IMG/VR virus record: IMGVR_UViG_3300045988_181135
Origin: a virus
Direction: 5' to 3' (one strand)
DNA: 36,300 nucleotides
Shown: positions 14,433 through 22,429 of the stretch, piece by piece
How positions within the stretch are numbered: the stretch's first letter is position 1
How the letters are laid out: each line of letters opens with the position of its first letter
Position numbers and translations under genes: made by a program
The notes under the pieces: model-generated
What the model was told of the DNA's origin: nothing
What the model saw: the letters and a program-made list of their open reading frames with translations, nothing else
Database searches by the model: none

Positions 14433-17400
14433 GTGCCACCGCCCTGATGTGTCTGTCGAGGTCGCGCTCGAGCGTGACCGGCGTGTACTCCCGGATGATT
14501 GTCGGAAGGTTTCGGTCGAGCCACGCGATGACCGCAGCGCCGTCCGAGCCGCCGCCGACATCCATCGTCTGGGCGACCCCCCTGCCGATCCCGCCCAGCA
14601 CCTTAGGGCTCAGCGGGATGGCCGCCTCGTCGTATCGCCGGTTGTCGCCGATTCCGATGACGCGCGGGCTGTTCGGTCCGAAGACCGCGCCGCCGGCGTA
14701 CCAGTTAACGTTGACCGACGGGACCGAACCCGTCTGTGCGTCGAACTTGCCGCTCATCGAGAAGTGCGGCAGCGGTCCCACGTTGATGCGCGGAAGCGTG
14801 AGCCGCATCGATCCGACCTCGGCCGACATCTGCCGGCAGGCCCCCATGATCGCAGAGCGGGCGGCACTTGCCGCATCCCTGGCGGAAGCCGAGAAGCGGT
14901 TGAAGGACGCGCCCGAGCGGACGCCGAACGAGACTGCGGACGCCGACGCCGACGCCATGCTCGCCGCGACCATGGAGGCCACTGCTGCCACGGAGACGGA
15001 AAGCAGCAGGGCCGACGCCGAGGCCGCCCCGCAGGAGGCGGAGAAAGATGCCAGAGACGGCGGCGCGGCGGCAAGGGCGGGAGCGGCGGCCGCCGCCGCA
15101 GCGGCAAGCGCACCAAGGCCGGCTGCGGCACCGGGGGCGCCGGAGGATATCTTGGGAATCGCCTTCCCCATGGTTCCGAGCCCGTCAGCCGAGGTCGAAA
15201 TGGAAGCGGCTGCGCCCGCCATGGCGACGTCGAGCGCAGCCATTCCAAGAGCGAGGGCGGCGGTCGCAAGTGATGCAGCCGTGGCGCCGACGGCGAGCAC
15301 CGCCAGACCCGCGCCCGCGGCGAGAGAGCCCACGCCGAGCACGATGAGGCCGGCGCCGCCGACCATGGCGGCGGCGCCCAGGGCCGTGGCGGCGACCGCG
15401 AGCGGCATGGCGAGCGCGGAGCAGGTCGACAGGCCAGCGCCCGCCAAGAGACCGCCAGCTCCCATGACAATAAGGCCGACGCCCGCGACGATGGCGGCCA
15501 TGCCGAGGGCCGCGGAGGCGACCGCACATGCCGCTGCCCCGGCGGCGAGCGCCAGCAGCCCTCCCGACGCCGTGAGGGCACCGGGGGCCAGCACGAACAG
15601 GGAGGCTCCGAGCGCGGCCATGCCGACGGCGGCCTCGGGGCCGCAGGCGGCGATGGTCGGCAGCGCGAGTGACATAATCGCGAGGCCGGTGGCTGCGAGC
15701 AGGATGCCCACGCCGGCGAGCGCGACGGCGGCGCCGAAGGCGACCATGCCGACGGAGCCGGCAGTCAGGGCGGGCCCGAGCGCGGCGGCGCCAAGCGCCA
15801 GCCCGGCGATGACCGCCACCATTGCTGCCATGCCGATTGCGGCCTGAGGCCCCGCCTCGCCGAGCTTTATCGCGGAGAGGGCGAGAAGGCCGATGCCGCC
15901 GCACGCCAGCAGAACGCCGGCTCCAACCATGAGGACGGCCGCGCCGAACGATGTCATCTTACCGGCCGCCGCGCCCGCGGCTGTGCCGGCGGCGGTCTCG
16001 CCCGCAGCCGTGGTGGCAAGACCTGCACCGGCGGCGGGTGCCGATGCCCCGAGGGACAGCAGGGCGCCGCCGATGACCTTCAGGAGCGAGCCCACAGGGC
16101 CGCCGGCGACTTTCATGACGAGGAAGGCGCCGCCGACGGCCTTGACGACCGGGGCAACCTCCTCGGAATGCTCGGAGACCCATTGGAATGCGTCGCCCAC
16201 CGAGCGGATGACCGGCTCGGCGGCCTCGAAGGCGTCGTCAAGGGCGTTTGCGGCATCTGCCGCGCCCTCGGCGGGACTCGACCACCCGGTGATCTGCGAT
16301 ACGGTCGACCATATGGCGTCGCCCGTGGAGGACGCCGTGTAACCGAGCGCGTCAAGTGTTCCCGCGAAAGATGAAGCCGCCTCGTTGTTGAGCAGCGTCT
16401 CGCAGAAAGCGGAGGTCATCTCCACTGCGCCGGCGAACGCGTCCCCGACCACCGAGACCCCGCCCGCGACAACGCCGGAGAACACGGCGGCGAACGACGA
16501 CGCCGCGTCCCGGATGCTCGGGTCGGCCATCGCGTCGGTGACGGCTCCGAACGCGCCGTTCACCGTGCCCTTCACGCCGTCGATAACGCCGACGATGTTG
16601 GACGAGCCGATGGCGCCGATAATCTTGGCGACGCCCTTTGGGAAGGCGTTGCACATGTTGGAAAACGACGTCTTGATGCCGCCCGTCGCGGCCTTTGCCT
16701 GCTCGGAGAAGCTCGTGATGCCGTCCGCGCCGTTCTTGTCGAGGTCGACCACTGCGTCGGCGAAATCCGAGACCGTGACCCTGCCGTCCTTCATGGCCTG
16801 GTAGAGGTCGGATGCCGATGCGCTCTGCCCGAGCATGGACTTCGCCACCTGGTCGAGCTGGCCAGGCATCGCCTGCTGGATGCTCATCCAGGTGTCCATC
16901 TCCATCTTGTTGGTGGAGACGGCCTTGGTGAGCTGCGTCATGGCGTTGGACTGGATGTCCTCGGACGCACCGCCGGCGAGAACGGCATCGTTGAATGCGA
17001 GGTAGCGGTCGGTCGCCTGGTCGATCGACTTGGACGACGGCGCGAGCTGCTGCACGCCCGTCGCGGCCGCGTCGAGCCTCGTGGGAAGCTCCGACAGCCT
17101 GTCAGACAGGGTGTCGACGCTCCTCTGCGACTCGTCCGCCCCGTAGCCGAGCGACTGGAGGACCTTGGGGAAGTTGTTGAGCGTGTCGACGCGCGCGACC
17201 GCGGCGTCCACGCTCGAGGACACCGTCGAGACGACCCTCTGCACCACGCCGGCAACGGCGCCGGTGATGACCGCCGCCTTGGCCGAGAAGCCCGAGGCGA
17301 CCTTGCTCGCCATGTTCCCGCCCGCCGTGGTTCCGGTCGAGCCGAACACGGAGTTGACGGAGGAGAGCCCGTCCCCGACGGCGCACAGCAGGCCGCCGGA

Positions 17401-17673
17401 AAAGGCGGCGGCCTTCCCAAGCACGCCACCAGAAAAAGCAGCGCCCGAGGCCCTGCCCGAGCGCGAGAACGCCCCGGTGGCCCCCGATAGGGACCCGGTC
17501 AGTTTCGCCACGAACCCCGAGCCGGCGGTTTTACCCGCCGCGCCGCAAAACGCCTTGCCGAACTTAGAGCCCGTCGATGCGCCGGATCCGGACAGCGAGC
17601 TGTCGACCTTCGAGGCGAAGCCGTCCATGGACGGCATTACCTTTACGGATACGGATCCGACGTCTGTGGACAT
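14425..17673 (-). CDS. Tape measure protein (1082 aa)
   Basis: It is the largest gene and sits downstream of the G/GT chaperones. AAGGAGG RBS upstream. It has a long Ala/Gly-rich hydrophobic repeat core. Confidence 0.9.
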   Translation of the reverse strand: MSTDVGSVSVKVMPSMDGFASKVDSSLSGSGASTGSKFGKAFCGAAGKTAGSGFVAKLTGSLSGATGAFSRSGRASGAAFSGGVLGKAAAFSGGLLCAVGDGLSSVNSVFGSTGTTAGGNMASKVASGFSAKAAVITGAVAGVVQRVVSTVSSSVDAAVARVDTLNNFPKVLQSLGYGADESQRSVDTLSDRLSELPTRLDAAATGVQQLAPSSKSIDQATDRYLAFNDAVLAGGASEDIQSNAMTQLTKAVSTNKMEMDTWMSIQQAMPGQLDQVAKSMLGQSASASDLYQAMKDGRVTVSDFADAVVDLDKNGADGITSFSEQAKAATGGIKTSFSNMCNAFPKGVAKIIGAIGSSNIVGVIDGVKGTVNGAFGAVTDAMADPSIRDAASSFAAVFSGVVAGGVSVVGDAFAGAVEMTSAFCETLLNNEAASSFAGTLDALGYTASSTGDAIWSTVSQITGWSSPAEGAADAANALDDAFEAAEPVIRSVGDAFQWVSEHSEEVAPVVKAVGGAFLVMKVAGGPVGSLLKVIGGALLSLGASAPAAGAGLATTAAGETAAGTAAGAAAGKMTSFGAAVLMVGAGVLLACGGIGLLALSAIKLGEAGPQAAIGMAAMVAVIAGLALGAAALGPALTAGSVGMVAFGAAVALAGVGILLAATGLAIMSLALPTIAACGPEAAVGMAALGASLFVLAPGALTASGGLLALAAGAAACAVASAALGMAAIVAGVGLIVMGAGGLLAGAGLSTCSALAMPLAVAATALGAAAMVGGAGLIVLGVGSLAAGAGLAVLAVGATAASLATAALALGMAALDVAMAGAAASISTSADGLGTMGKAIPKISSGAPGAAAGLGALAAAAAAAAPALAAAPPSLASFSASCGAASASALLLSVSVAAVASMVAASMASASASAVSFGVRSGASFNRFSASARDAASAARSAIMGACRQMSAEVGSMRLTLPRINVGPLPHFSMSGKFDAQTGSVPSVNVNWYAGGAVFGPNSPRVIGIGDNRRYDEAAIPLSPKVLGGIGRGVAQTMDVGGGSDGAAVIAWLDRNLPTIIREYTPVTLERDLDRHIRAVAHA

Positions 17674-17682
17674 GGCGCCTCC

Positions 17683-18090
17683 TTATACATCGATTCCAAA
17701 CGACGAAGATATCTCGTACTTCGCCGCCAGCGCCGAGTCCCTGCGGCGCTCGTTCCTGGCTCGCTCGCCCGGCGATAAGATCCGCTGCGGGGCGTTGACG
17801 CGCTTTTTGGCATCCTCGGTGAACCCGTAGTGGAAGCACCTGAGCTCGTGCTCGATCATGTCGAGCAGGCGCGTCTTGTCGTCCCACAGGTTGTCGGGCT
17901 CAAGGCGAACGGAGACCCGCGAGCGCGCCGGCAGCTGGGAGTAGAGGACCTGCCAGCGGCAAAGGTCCTCGTCCGTCGCCCCGTCGAACCCGCCGCCGAG
18001 GGGAAGGTCGATGCCGTACGTCTGACGGAAGTCGGCGACGACCTCTCCCCTCATGCAGGTCCAGGCGGCGGCGAAGCTGGCTAGTTTTTT
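17683..18090 (-). CDS. Tail assembly chaperone GT extension (-1 frame), expressed by a programmed frameshift from 18081..18359
   Basis: It is in the -1 frame relative to the G-like ORF. The reading continues KKLASFAAAWTCMRGEVVADF... from the slippery site. Confidence 0.75.
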   Translation of the reverse strand, partial: KKLASFAAAWTCMRGEVVADFRQTYGIDLPLGGGFDGATDEDLCRWQVLYSQLPARSRVSVRLEPDNLWDDKTRLLDMIEHELRCFHYGFTEDAKKRVNAPQRILSPGERARNERRRDSALAAKYEISSSFGIDV

Positions 18091-18359
18091 GCCGCGGCCT
18101 CCATGGCGGCCTGGAAGAACGCGCCCCAGCGCTCCGCCGAGCAGTCCTGCCCGTCTTCGCCGAGCTCGTCCATGTACTCGACGGTCTTGCCGTCGAAGAT
18201 CTCGTCCATCGCGTCCCACACCTCGTGCATCTTCTCGGGGATGCCGTCGTAGGCCATGGCGCGCTGCACCTTCATGGACTGGATGGCCTTCTTGTTGATC
18301 TGATACTTCTTGCCGTCGAACTCGAACTCGAGCGCGCCCTCGGGGCGCTTGGCCGCCAT
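18081..18359 (-). CDS. Tail assembly chaperone G-like (92 aa)
   Basis: ATG 18359 overlaps the TAA of the major tail gene (TAATG). It is acidic and sits before the TMP. Confidence 0.8.
   Translation of the reverse strand: MAAKRPEGALEFEFDGKKYQINKKAIQSMKVQRAMAYDGIPEKMHEVWDAMDEIFDGKTVEYMDELGEDGQDCSAERWGAFFQAAMEAAAKN
18084..18090 (-). promoter_or_regulatory. -1 programmed ribosomal frameshift slippery heptamer A_AAA_AAC
   Basis: The minus strand reads GCA AAA AAC TAG at the end of the G-like ORF, and the -1 frame is open for 135 more codons. Confidence 0.8.
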
Positions 18360-18946
18360 TAGGCCGCCGCCGTCTCGGTCGACTCGATGTAGTCGTAGCA
18401 GGTGTTGCCGTTCTCGTCGGTGAGGTACTTCATCGTCAGGGCGCGCTGGCAGAGCTCGGAGCTGGAGATGGTGAGGTCGTCGAGCTCGGAGGACTGGCCG
18501 CGCGGCACGACCTTGGTCCACTTGCGGCCGTTCTTCAGGAGGAGGAGCAGCACGTAGGCGAAGGTCGGGTGGGAGTCGGAGTTGTGCTTGACGGTGATCA
18601 GGCCGCCCGCGTCGGTGACGTTGTCCTCGCCGTACTGGCGCTTGAGCGTCTCCGCCTTGATCTCGGCGAGCGTGAGCTGTGCGGACTCCACTCGGTTGGA
18701 ATTGCTGGAGTCCATGAGGTCGCCGTTCATGTCGACCGTGTCGTTGGAGTCCTCGGAGACGGACTCGACGTAGCCGTCCTCGGAGACAAAGCCGAGGCAC
18801 TTGAATGCGGGATCGAGCTCGCTCTTGTTCTTGATGACCTTGCCCGGCAGGGTGGTGCCGGTGGGGGCCGAGAAGATGTAGCCGCCCTTCACGCCCTTTC
18901 CGGCGCTGACGTTGTTGGAGTCGTTCGCATTGCTGACTTTGGCCAT
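18359..18946 (-). CDS. Major tail protein (195 aa)
   Basis: Assigned by position and size. MAKVSNANDSNNVSAGKGVKGGYIFSAPTGT is typical of phi13-type major tail proteins. Confidence 0.8.
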   Translation of the reverse strand: MAKVSNANDSNNVSAGKGVKGGYIFSAPTGTTLPGKVIKNKSELDPAFKCLGFVSEDGYVESVSEDSNDTVDMNGDLMDSSNSNRVESAQLTLAEIKAETLKRQYGEDNVTDAGGLITVKHNSDSHPTFAYVLLLLLKNGRKWTKVVPRGQSSELDDLTISSSELCQRALTMKYLTDENGNTCYDYIESTETAAA

Positions 18947-18963
18947 TCGCGCGTTCCTTTCTA

Positions 18964-19317
18964 CTACTCGCAGATCCAGAGCTGGACCTGCACCACGTAC
19001 CTCGCCCTGCGCGTGTCAGGGTCGGGCATCTTGTATTGGTTCGTGACCTCCGGGTGGAAGACGTTGGGAAGCTCGTCCTCCAGGGACGGGACGGCCGCCT
19101 TCACCTTCTCGGCGAGGGCTTTCGCCGGCTTCCTGCCGCCCTTGCCCTCGGTCCCCCAGCAGTCGATATCGAACTGAACCGGCTCCAGGAAGCCGCCGCC
19201 CCCTCCGACCTGCTCGACGGTGACGTACGGCTCCGGGTGCCCGGCGACCGGCTCGAGCGTCGCGTCGGCGCCGGCAAGTTCGCACAGGCACCTCGCGACA
19301 TCGGCCTCTATATCCAT
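18964..19317 (-). CDS. Tail terminator / tail completion protein (DUF3168-like, 117 aa)
   Basis: ATG 19317 follows GGAGG with a 6-nt spacer. It lies directly upstream of the major tail gene. Confidence 0.6.
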   Translation of the reverse strand: MDIEADVARCLCELAGADATLEPVAGHPEPYVTVEQVGGGGGFLEPVQFDIDCWGTEGKGGRKPAKALAEKVKAAVPSLEDELPNVFHPEVTNQYKMPDPDTRRARYVVQVQLWICE

Positions 19318-19319
19318 GA

Positions 19320-19613
19320 TCAACCTCCGGACGAGAGCGCCGCCCTCGTCAGTATCTTGTGTTTCGCCTGGGCGTGTTTGGCATGCTCCGAGCATGCGCT
19401 GACCCGAAAGCCCTTGGCGAGCGTGCCCTGGCAGCGGCTAACCCTGAAGGCCGGGACGTCGTGGCCGTCCGGCGCGAGCATCGACGTCGCGCGGGCGGCG
19501 ATGCCCTCGGCCTTGCCCCTGAGCATCCCCTGGAGCGCGGCGTTGCCGTCCATCGCCTCGGCGTACCCGAGGCGGCTCCATTTGAACTTCCCCCAGCTGT
19601 ACTCCTTAGCCAT
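19320..19613 (-). CDS. Head-tail connector/neck protein (HK97 gp10-like position, 97 aa)
   Basis: Assigned by gene order within the connector cluster. Confidence 0.5.
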   Translation of the reverse strand: MAKEYSWGKFKWSRLGYAEAMDGNAALQGMLRGKAEGIAARATSMLAPDGHDVPAFRVSRCQGTLAKGFRVSACSEHAKHAQAKHKILTRAALSSGG

Positions 19614-19953
19614 CGGCCGCCTCCAGCTCGATCGGGTAGCACCAGCGTCCCGGGCACGCCTCGGGGGCGTAGGGCCTCGGGTCGCCCACGACGCGCAGCT
19701 CCTCGCCGCGCACGCGGACCGAGCAGCCCTTGAGGCGGATGCCGGCCATGTCCCTCGGGAGATGCACCGTGTATGCCACGGTGGCGCCCTCCGGCCGCGA
19801 GGCGTCGAGGTCCGCGGTGGCGCCGGGCGCCACGACGGCGTCGACGTCGCGCTCGGCGACCGCCTCGGAGACGGGCTCGTGGAGGTCGTCGTACACCGTC
19901 TTGCGGGAGATGACCGTGACCGTCTCGGTCGGTACCCCCGTCATCGGCATCAC
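19606..19953 (-). CDS. Head closure / head-tail adaptor (SPP1 gp16-like, 115 aa)
   Basis: Assigned by gene order. The C-terminal ELRVVGDPRPY pattern is typical of Phage_H_T_join proteins. Confidence 0.6.
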   Translation of the reverse strand: MMPMTGVPTETVTVISRKTVYDDLHEPVSEAVAERDVDAVVAPGATADLDASRPEGATVAYTVHLPRDMAGIRLKGCSVRVRGEELRVVGDPRPYAPEACPGRWCYPIELEAADG

Positions 19954-20354
19954 GCCTCCTCCCAGCGGTCAGCGGCGGTCATGGGCTGGATACTGCGCAC
20001 GCGGCACCCGGCCAGGCCGAGCCGCTTGAGGTCGGAGCGCCCCAGGTAGAGGTCTCCGGTCGGGTTGGCGAACGTGACGCTCGACGAGTACGGGCCGGTC
20101 GTCTGCGACTGCTGGGTGATGCCGGCCATGGCGCCGGGCGCGTTGACCGCCCGGGCGACCATGGCCACGCAGACGGACTTCACGTTCTCATCGAACGTGG
20201 GGTTCGAGCCGGCGAGGTACTGGACACCCATACGGCGCCGATATGCCCCGCGCAGGTACGCCGAGGCATCCTCGAGCAGCGCGGCAACCCTGGCCTCGTC
20301 CTCGGCGGCACCGCAGCGCGCCTCGTAGTCGGCAACTGTGGCGAAGGCGCCCAC
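19950..20354 (-). CDS. Head-tail connector protein (gp6-like, 134 aa)
   Basis: MGAFATVADYEARCG...ALLEDASAYL matches the Phage_connect_1 style N-terminus. Confidence 0.65.
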   Translation of the reverse strand: MGAFATVADYEARCGAAEDEARVAALLEDASAYLRGAYRRRMGVQYLAGSNPTFDENVKSVCVAMVARAVNAPGAMAGITQQSQTTGPYSSSVTFANPTGDLYLGRSDLKRLGLAGCRVRSIQPMTAADRWEEA

Positions 20355-20710
20355 TAGAGCGTCTCCAGGATGGCGATGAGCTCCGCCTTGGTCGCCTTGC
20401 GCGGGGCGAAGCCGTTGGCGGTCTCGATGGCATCGCGCAGCTGTTGCACGGTCATCTCGGGTGAAGGCTTCTCGTGCGCGGGCGGCTCGGGTTCGTTGTC
20501 CACGACGTCCTCGTCCTCGGCGCCATCGTCCTCGGCGCCATCGTCCTCGGCGGGCTCCGCAGCGGCCTCCGTCTCGGCGGGCGGGAGGTCGACGTAGCCG
20601 CCGGCGGACAGCTCCGCGAAGCGCTCGTCGGTCAGCTCGACCTCCTCCCCCACGAGATGCACCGCGAGGGTCTCGCGGTCACGGTACGGGTAGGTGACCA
20701 AAGCGATCAT
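20354..20710 (-). CDS. Head-associated protein with an acidic linker and a C-terminal HeH/Rho-N-like motif (118 aa)
   Basis: C-terminal MTVQQLRDAIETANGFAPRKATKAELIAILE. It lies downstream of the capsid gene. Confidence 0.55.
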   Translation of the reverse strand: MIALVTYPYRDRETLAVHLVGEEVELTDERFAELSAGGYVDLPPAETEAAAEPAEDDGAEDDGAEDEDVVDNEPEPPAHEKPSPEMTVQQLRDAIETANGFAPRKATKAELIAILETL

Positions 20711-20728
20711 GGATGCTCCTTAGGTTTC

Positions 20729-21574
20729 CTAGGCGGTCGGGGCGATGGTGCCCTTGACCACGAAGTCGATGTACTCGGCGAAGAACACGAGGCCGACGTA
20801 GGCCACGGTGTCGTAGGTCAGGCTCTTGAGCTCGGGCGAGTGGGACACGGCGATGTAGCCGCTCTCGTCGGAGTAGAAGCCGAACAGGTCGTCGCCGTCG
20901 GTCGGTGCGACGTAGACCTTGATGTTGTCCTTGACGGTGGCGTAGATCGTGCCGGCGGTCACGGAGCCGGTGGACACGAGCGTGCCCAGGCCCGCCCAGT
21001 TCTCGATGTAGGAGATGCCGAAGGCGCTGAAGACCTCGGACTCGCCGATCTGCTTGGCGAAGTCGACCGGGTTGGCGAAGTAGACGGTCTCGCCGCTGCC
21101 GAAGCCGTACTCCTCGGTGAGGTTGGACAGGGCGGCCCAGGCGTTCGCGGCGGTGGCCACGAGGCTCTTGCCGGTCGCGGCCGTGGTGCCCTCGGCGCCG
21201 AGCGCGGCGACGAAGTCCTTCTTGATGTTGCGCTGCATGTCGGAGATCATCGCGGCGTCGGTCTTGTCGACGGCGCCGTCGTAGCCGCGCTTCTTGACCT
21301 CCTGGAGCGTAGTCTGCTTGCGGTAGGGTTTGAGCGTCACCTCGAAGGTCGTGACGTCCTCGTAGGTGTAGCTGGAAAGCGGGATGTCCTGGCCGGCGGT
21401 GTACGCGACCTCGGAGAGCTTGCCGGTGATCTTCTTCTGGTGCAGGGTCTCGCCGACGGCAGCGTGGATGGGCGCGCAGGTGGACAGCATCGCCGTGAGC
21501 TTCTCCAGCGACTTGGTGAAGGTGTTCACGAGGTCGACGTTGCGCGCGGCTGCGAGGGTCTTGATATCGGGCAT
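20729..21574 (-). CDS. Major capsid protein (HK97-fold, 281 aa)
   Basis: It follows the scaffold gene, and its size and composition are typical. Confidence 0.85.
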   Translation of the reverse strand: MPDIKTLAAARNVDLVNTFTKSLEKLTAMLSTCAPIHAAVGETLHQKKITGKLSEVAYTAGQDIPLSSYTYEDVTTFEVTLKPYRKQTTLQEVKKRGYDGAVDKTDAAMISDMQRNIKKDFVAALGAEGTTAATGKSLVATAANAWAALSNLTEEYGFGSGETVYFANPVDFAKQIGESEVFSAFGISYIENWAGLGTLVSTGSVTAGTIYATVKDNIKVYVAPTDGDDLFGFYSDESGYIAVSHSPELKSLTYDTVAYVGLVFFAEYIDFVVKGTIAPTA

Positions 21575-21592
21575 TGGGGCCCCTTTCTCCCC

Positions 21593-22114
21593 TTACTTGA
21601 AGAGGTCGATGTTGGCGGCGATGGCCGCCATGCGTTCCTTCTTGTCCTCGATTCCGAGGATGTCCTTCTTGGAGGGCTTGCCCGGCTTGGGCTTGCCGCC
21701 GGCCTCGGGCGCCTTCGGCGCGCCGCCGGCCGGTTTCGTGATGGCCGCCACGGCATTGGCCTGCTCGGTGAGGGCGTCCTCGTCCTCGCCGTTGAGCGTC
21801 GCCACGATGGAGCGGTCGAGTCCGGTGGCCTTGGCCACGGAGTCGACGAGCGCGGAGCGGGCGGCGCTCGCCTTGAGGGCGGCGTTCTCGCTCTCGAGCG
21901 AGCTCAGGCGCTCCTCCACAGTCGGATCCGTCTTGGGCGTTGCGGCCTTGAGCTCGTCGAGCTCCTTAAGGTTCGCCTTCGAGCGGCTCTCCCACTTGCG
22001 CGACTCCTTCAGCGCGTTCTCGTAGAGCGCCTTGTAGTCGGGCGCCGGATCGGTCTCTCCGCCCTGTGCAGGGTCAATCGGATCGGTCTCGGCGGGCGTG
22101 GTCTCCTTGGCCAT
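21593..22114 (-). CDS. Scaffolding protein (173 aa)
   Basis: ATG 22114 follows GGAGGGAGC. It is coiled-coil and charged (ENALKESRKWESRSKANLKELDELK) and lies upstream of the capsid gene. Confidence 0.8.
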   Translation of the reverse strand: MAKETTPAETDPIDPAQGGETDPAPDYKALYENALKESRKWESRSKANLKELDELKAATPKTDPTVEERLSSLESENAALKASAARSALVDSVAKATGLDRSIVATLNGEDEDALTEQANAVAAITKPAGGAPKAPEAGGKPKPGKPSKKDILGIEDKKERMAAIAANIDLFK

Positions 22115-22178
22115 GCTCCCTCCATTTCCGCCCCGTGCGGGGCATCGTCTTGCCCCGTGCGGGGCGCTTTTCGGCATG

Positions 22179-22204
22179 AAAAAGGCCACCCGTGCGGATG
22201 GCCT
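22179..22204 (-). terminator. Intrinsic terminator downstream of the tRNA pair
   Basis: The minus strand reads AGGCCA-tccgcacggg-TGGCCT followed by TTTTT. Confidence 0.7.
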
Positions 22205-22216
22205 GGTTCAACGTTT

Positions 22217-22301
22217 TGGTCGGGGCGGCGGGACTCGAACCCGCACGGGCGATGCCCACGTGCTCCTGAGGCACGCGCGTCTGCCGTTCCGCCACGCCCC
22301 G
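22217..22301 (-). tRNA. tRNA-Leu (anticodon CAG), type II with long variable arm, CCA encoded
   Basis: Hand-folded. Acceptor CGGGGCG/CGCCCCG. Anticodon stem CGTGC/GCACG with loop CTCAGGA. Variable stem GGGC/GCCC. T-arm GCGGG-TTCGAGT-CCCGC. Ends A-CCA. Confidence 0.85.
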
Positions 22302-22302
22302 A

Positions 22303-22376
22303 TGGCACCTGGCCGAGGAATCGAACCCCGGTAAGCGGTTTTGGAGACCGCCGCACTGCCATTGTGCTAGCCAGGT
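22303..22376 (-). tRNA. tRNA-Trp (anticodon CCA), CCA encoded
   Basis: Hand-folded. Acceptor ACCTGGC/GCCAGGT. D-arm GCAC-AATGGCA-GTGC. Anticodon stem GCGGT/ACCGC with loop CTCCAAA. T-loop TTCGATT. It is 1 nt from tRNA-Leu. Confidence 0.85.
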
Positions 22377-22429
22377 GTGTATAATCTGATTTGAAAAGCC
22401 CTGGGCGTGCTGGATAGCTAACCTGGGGC

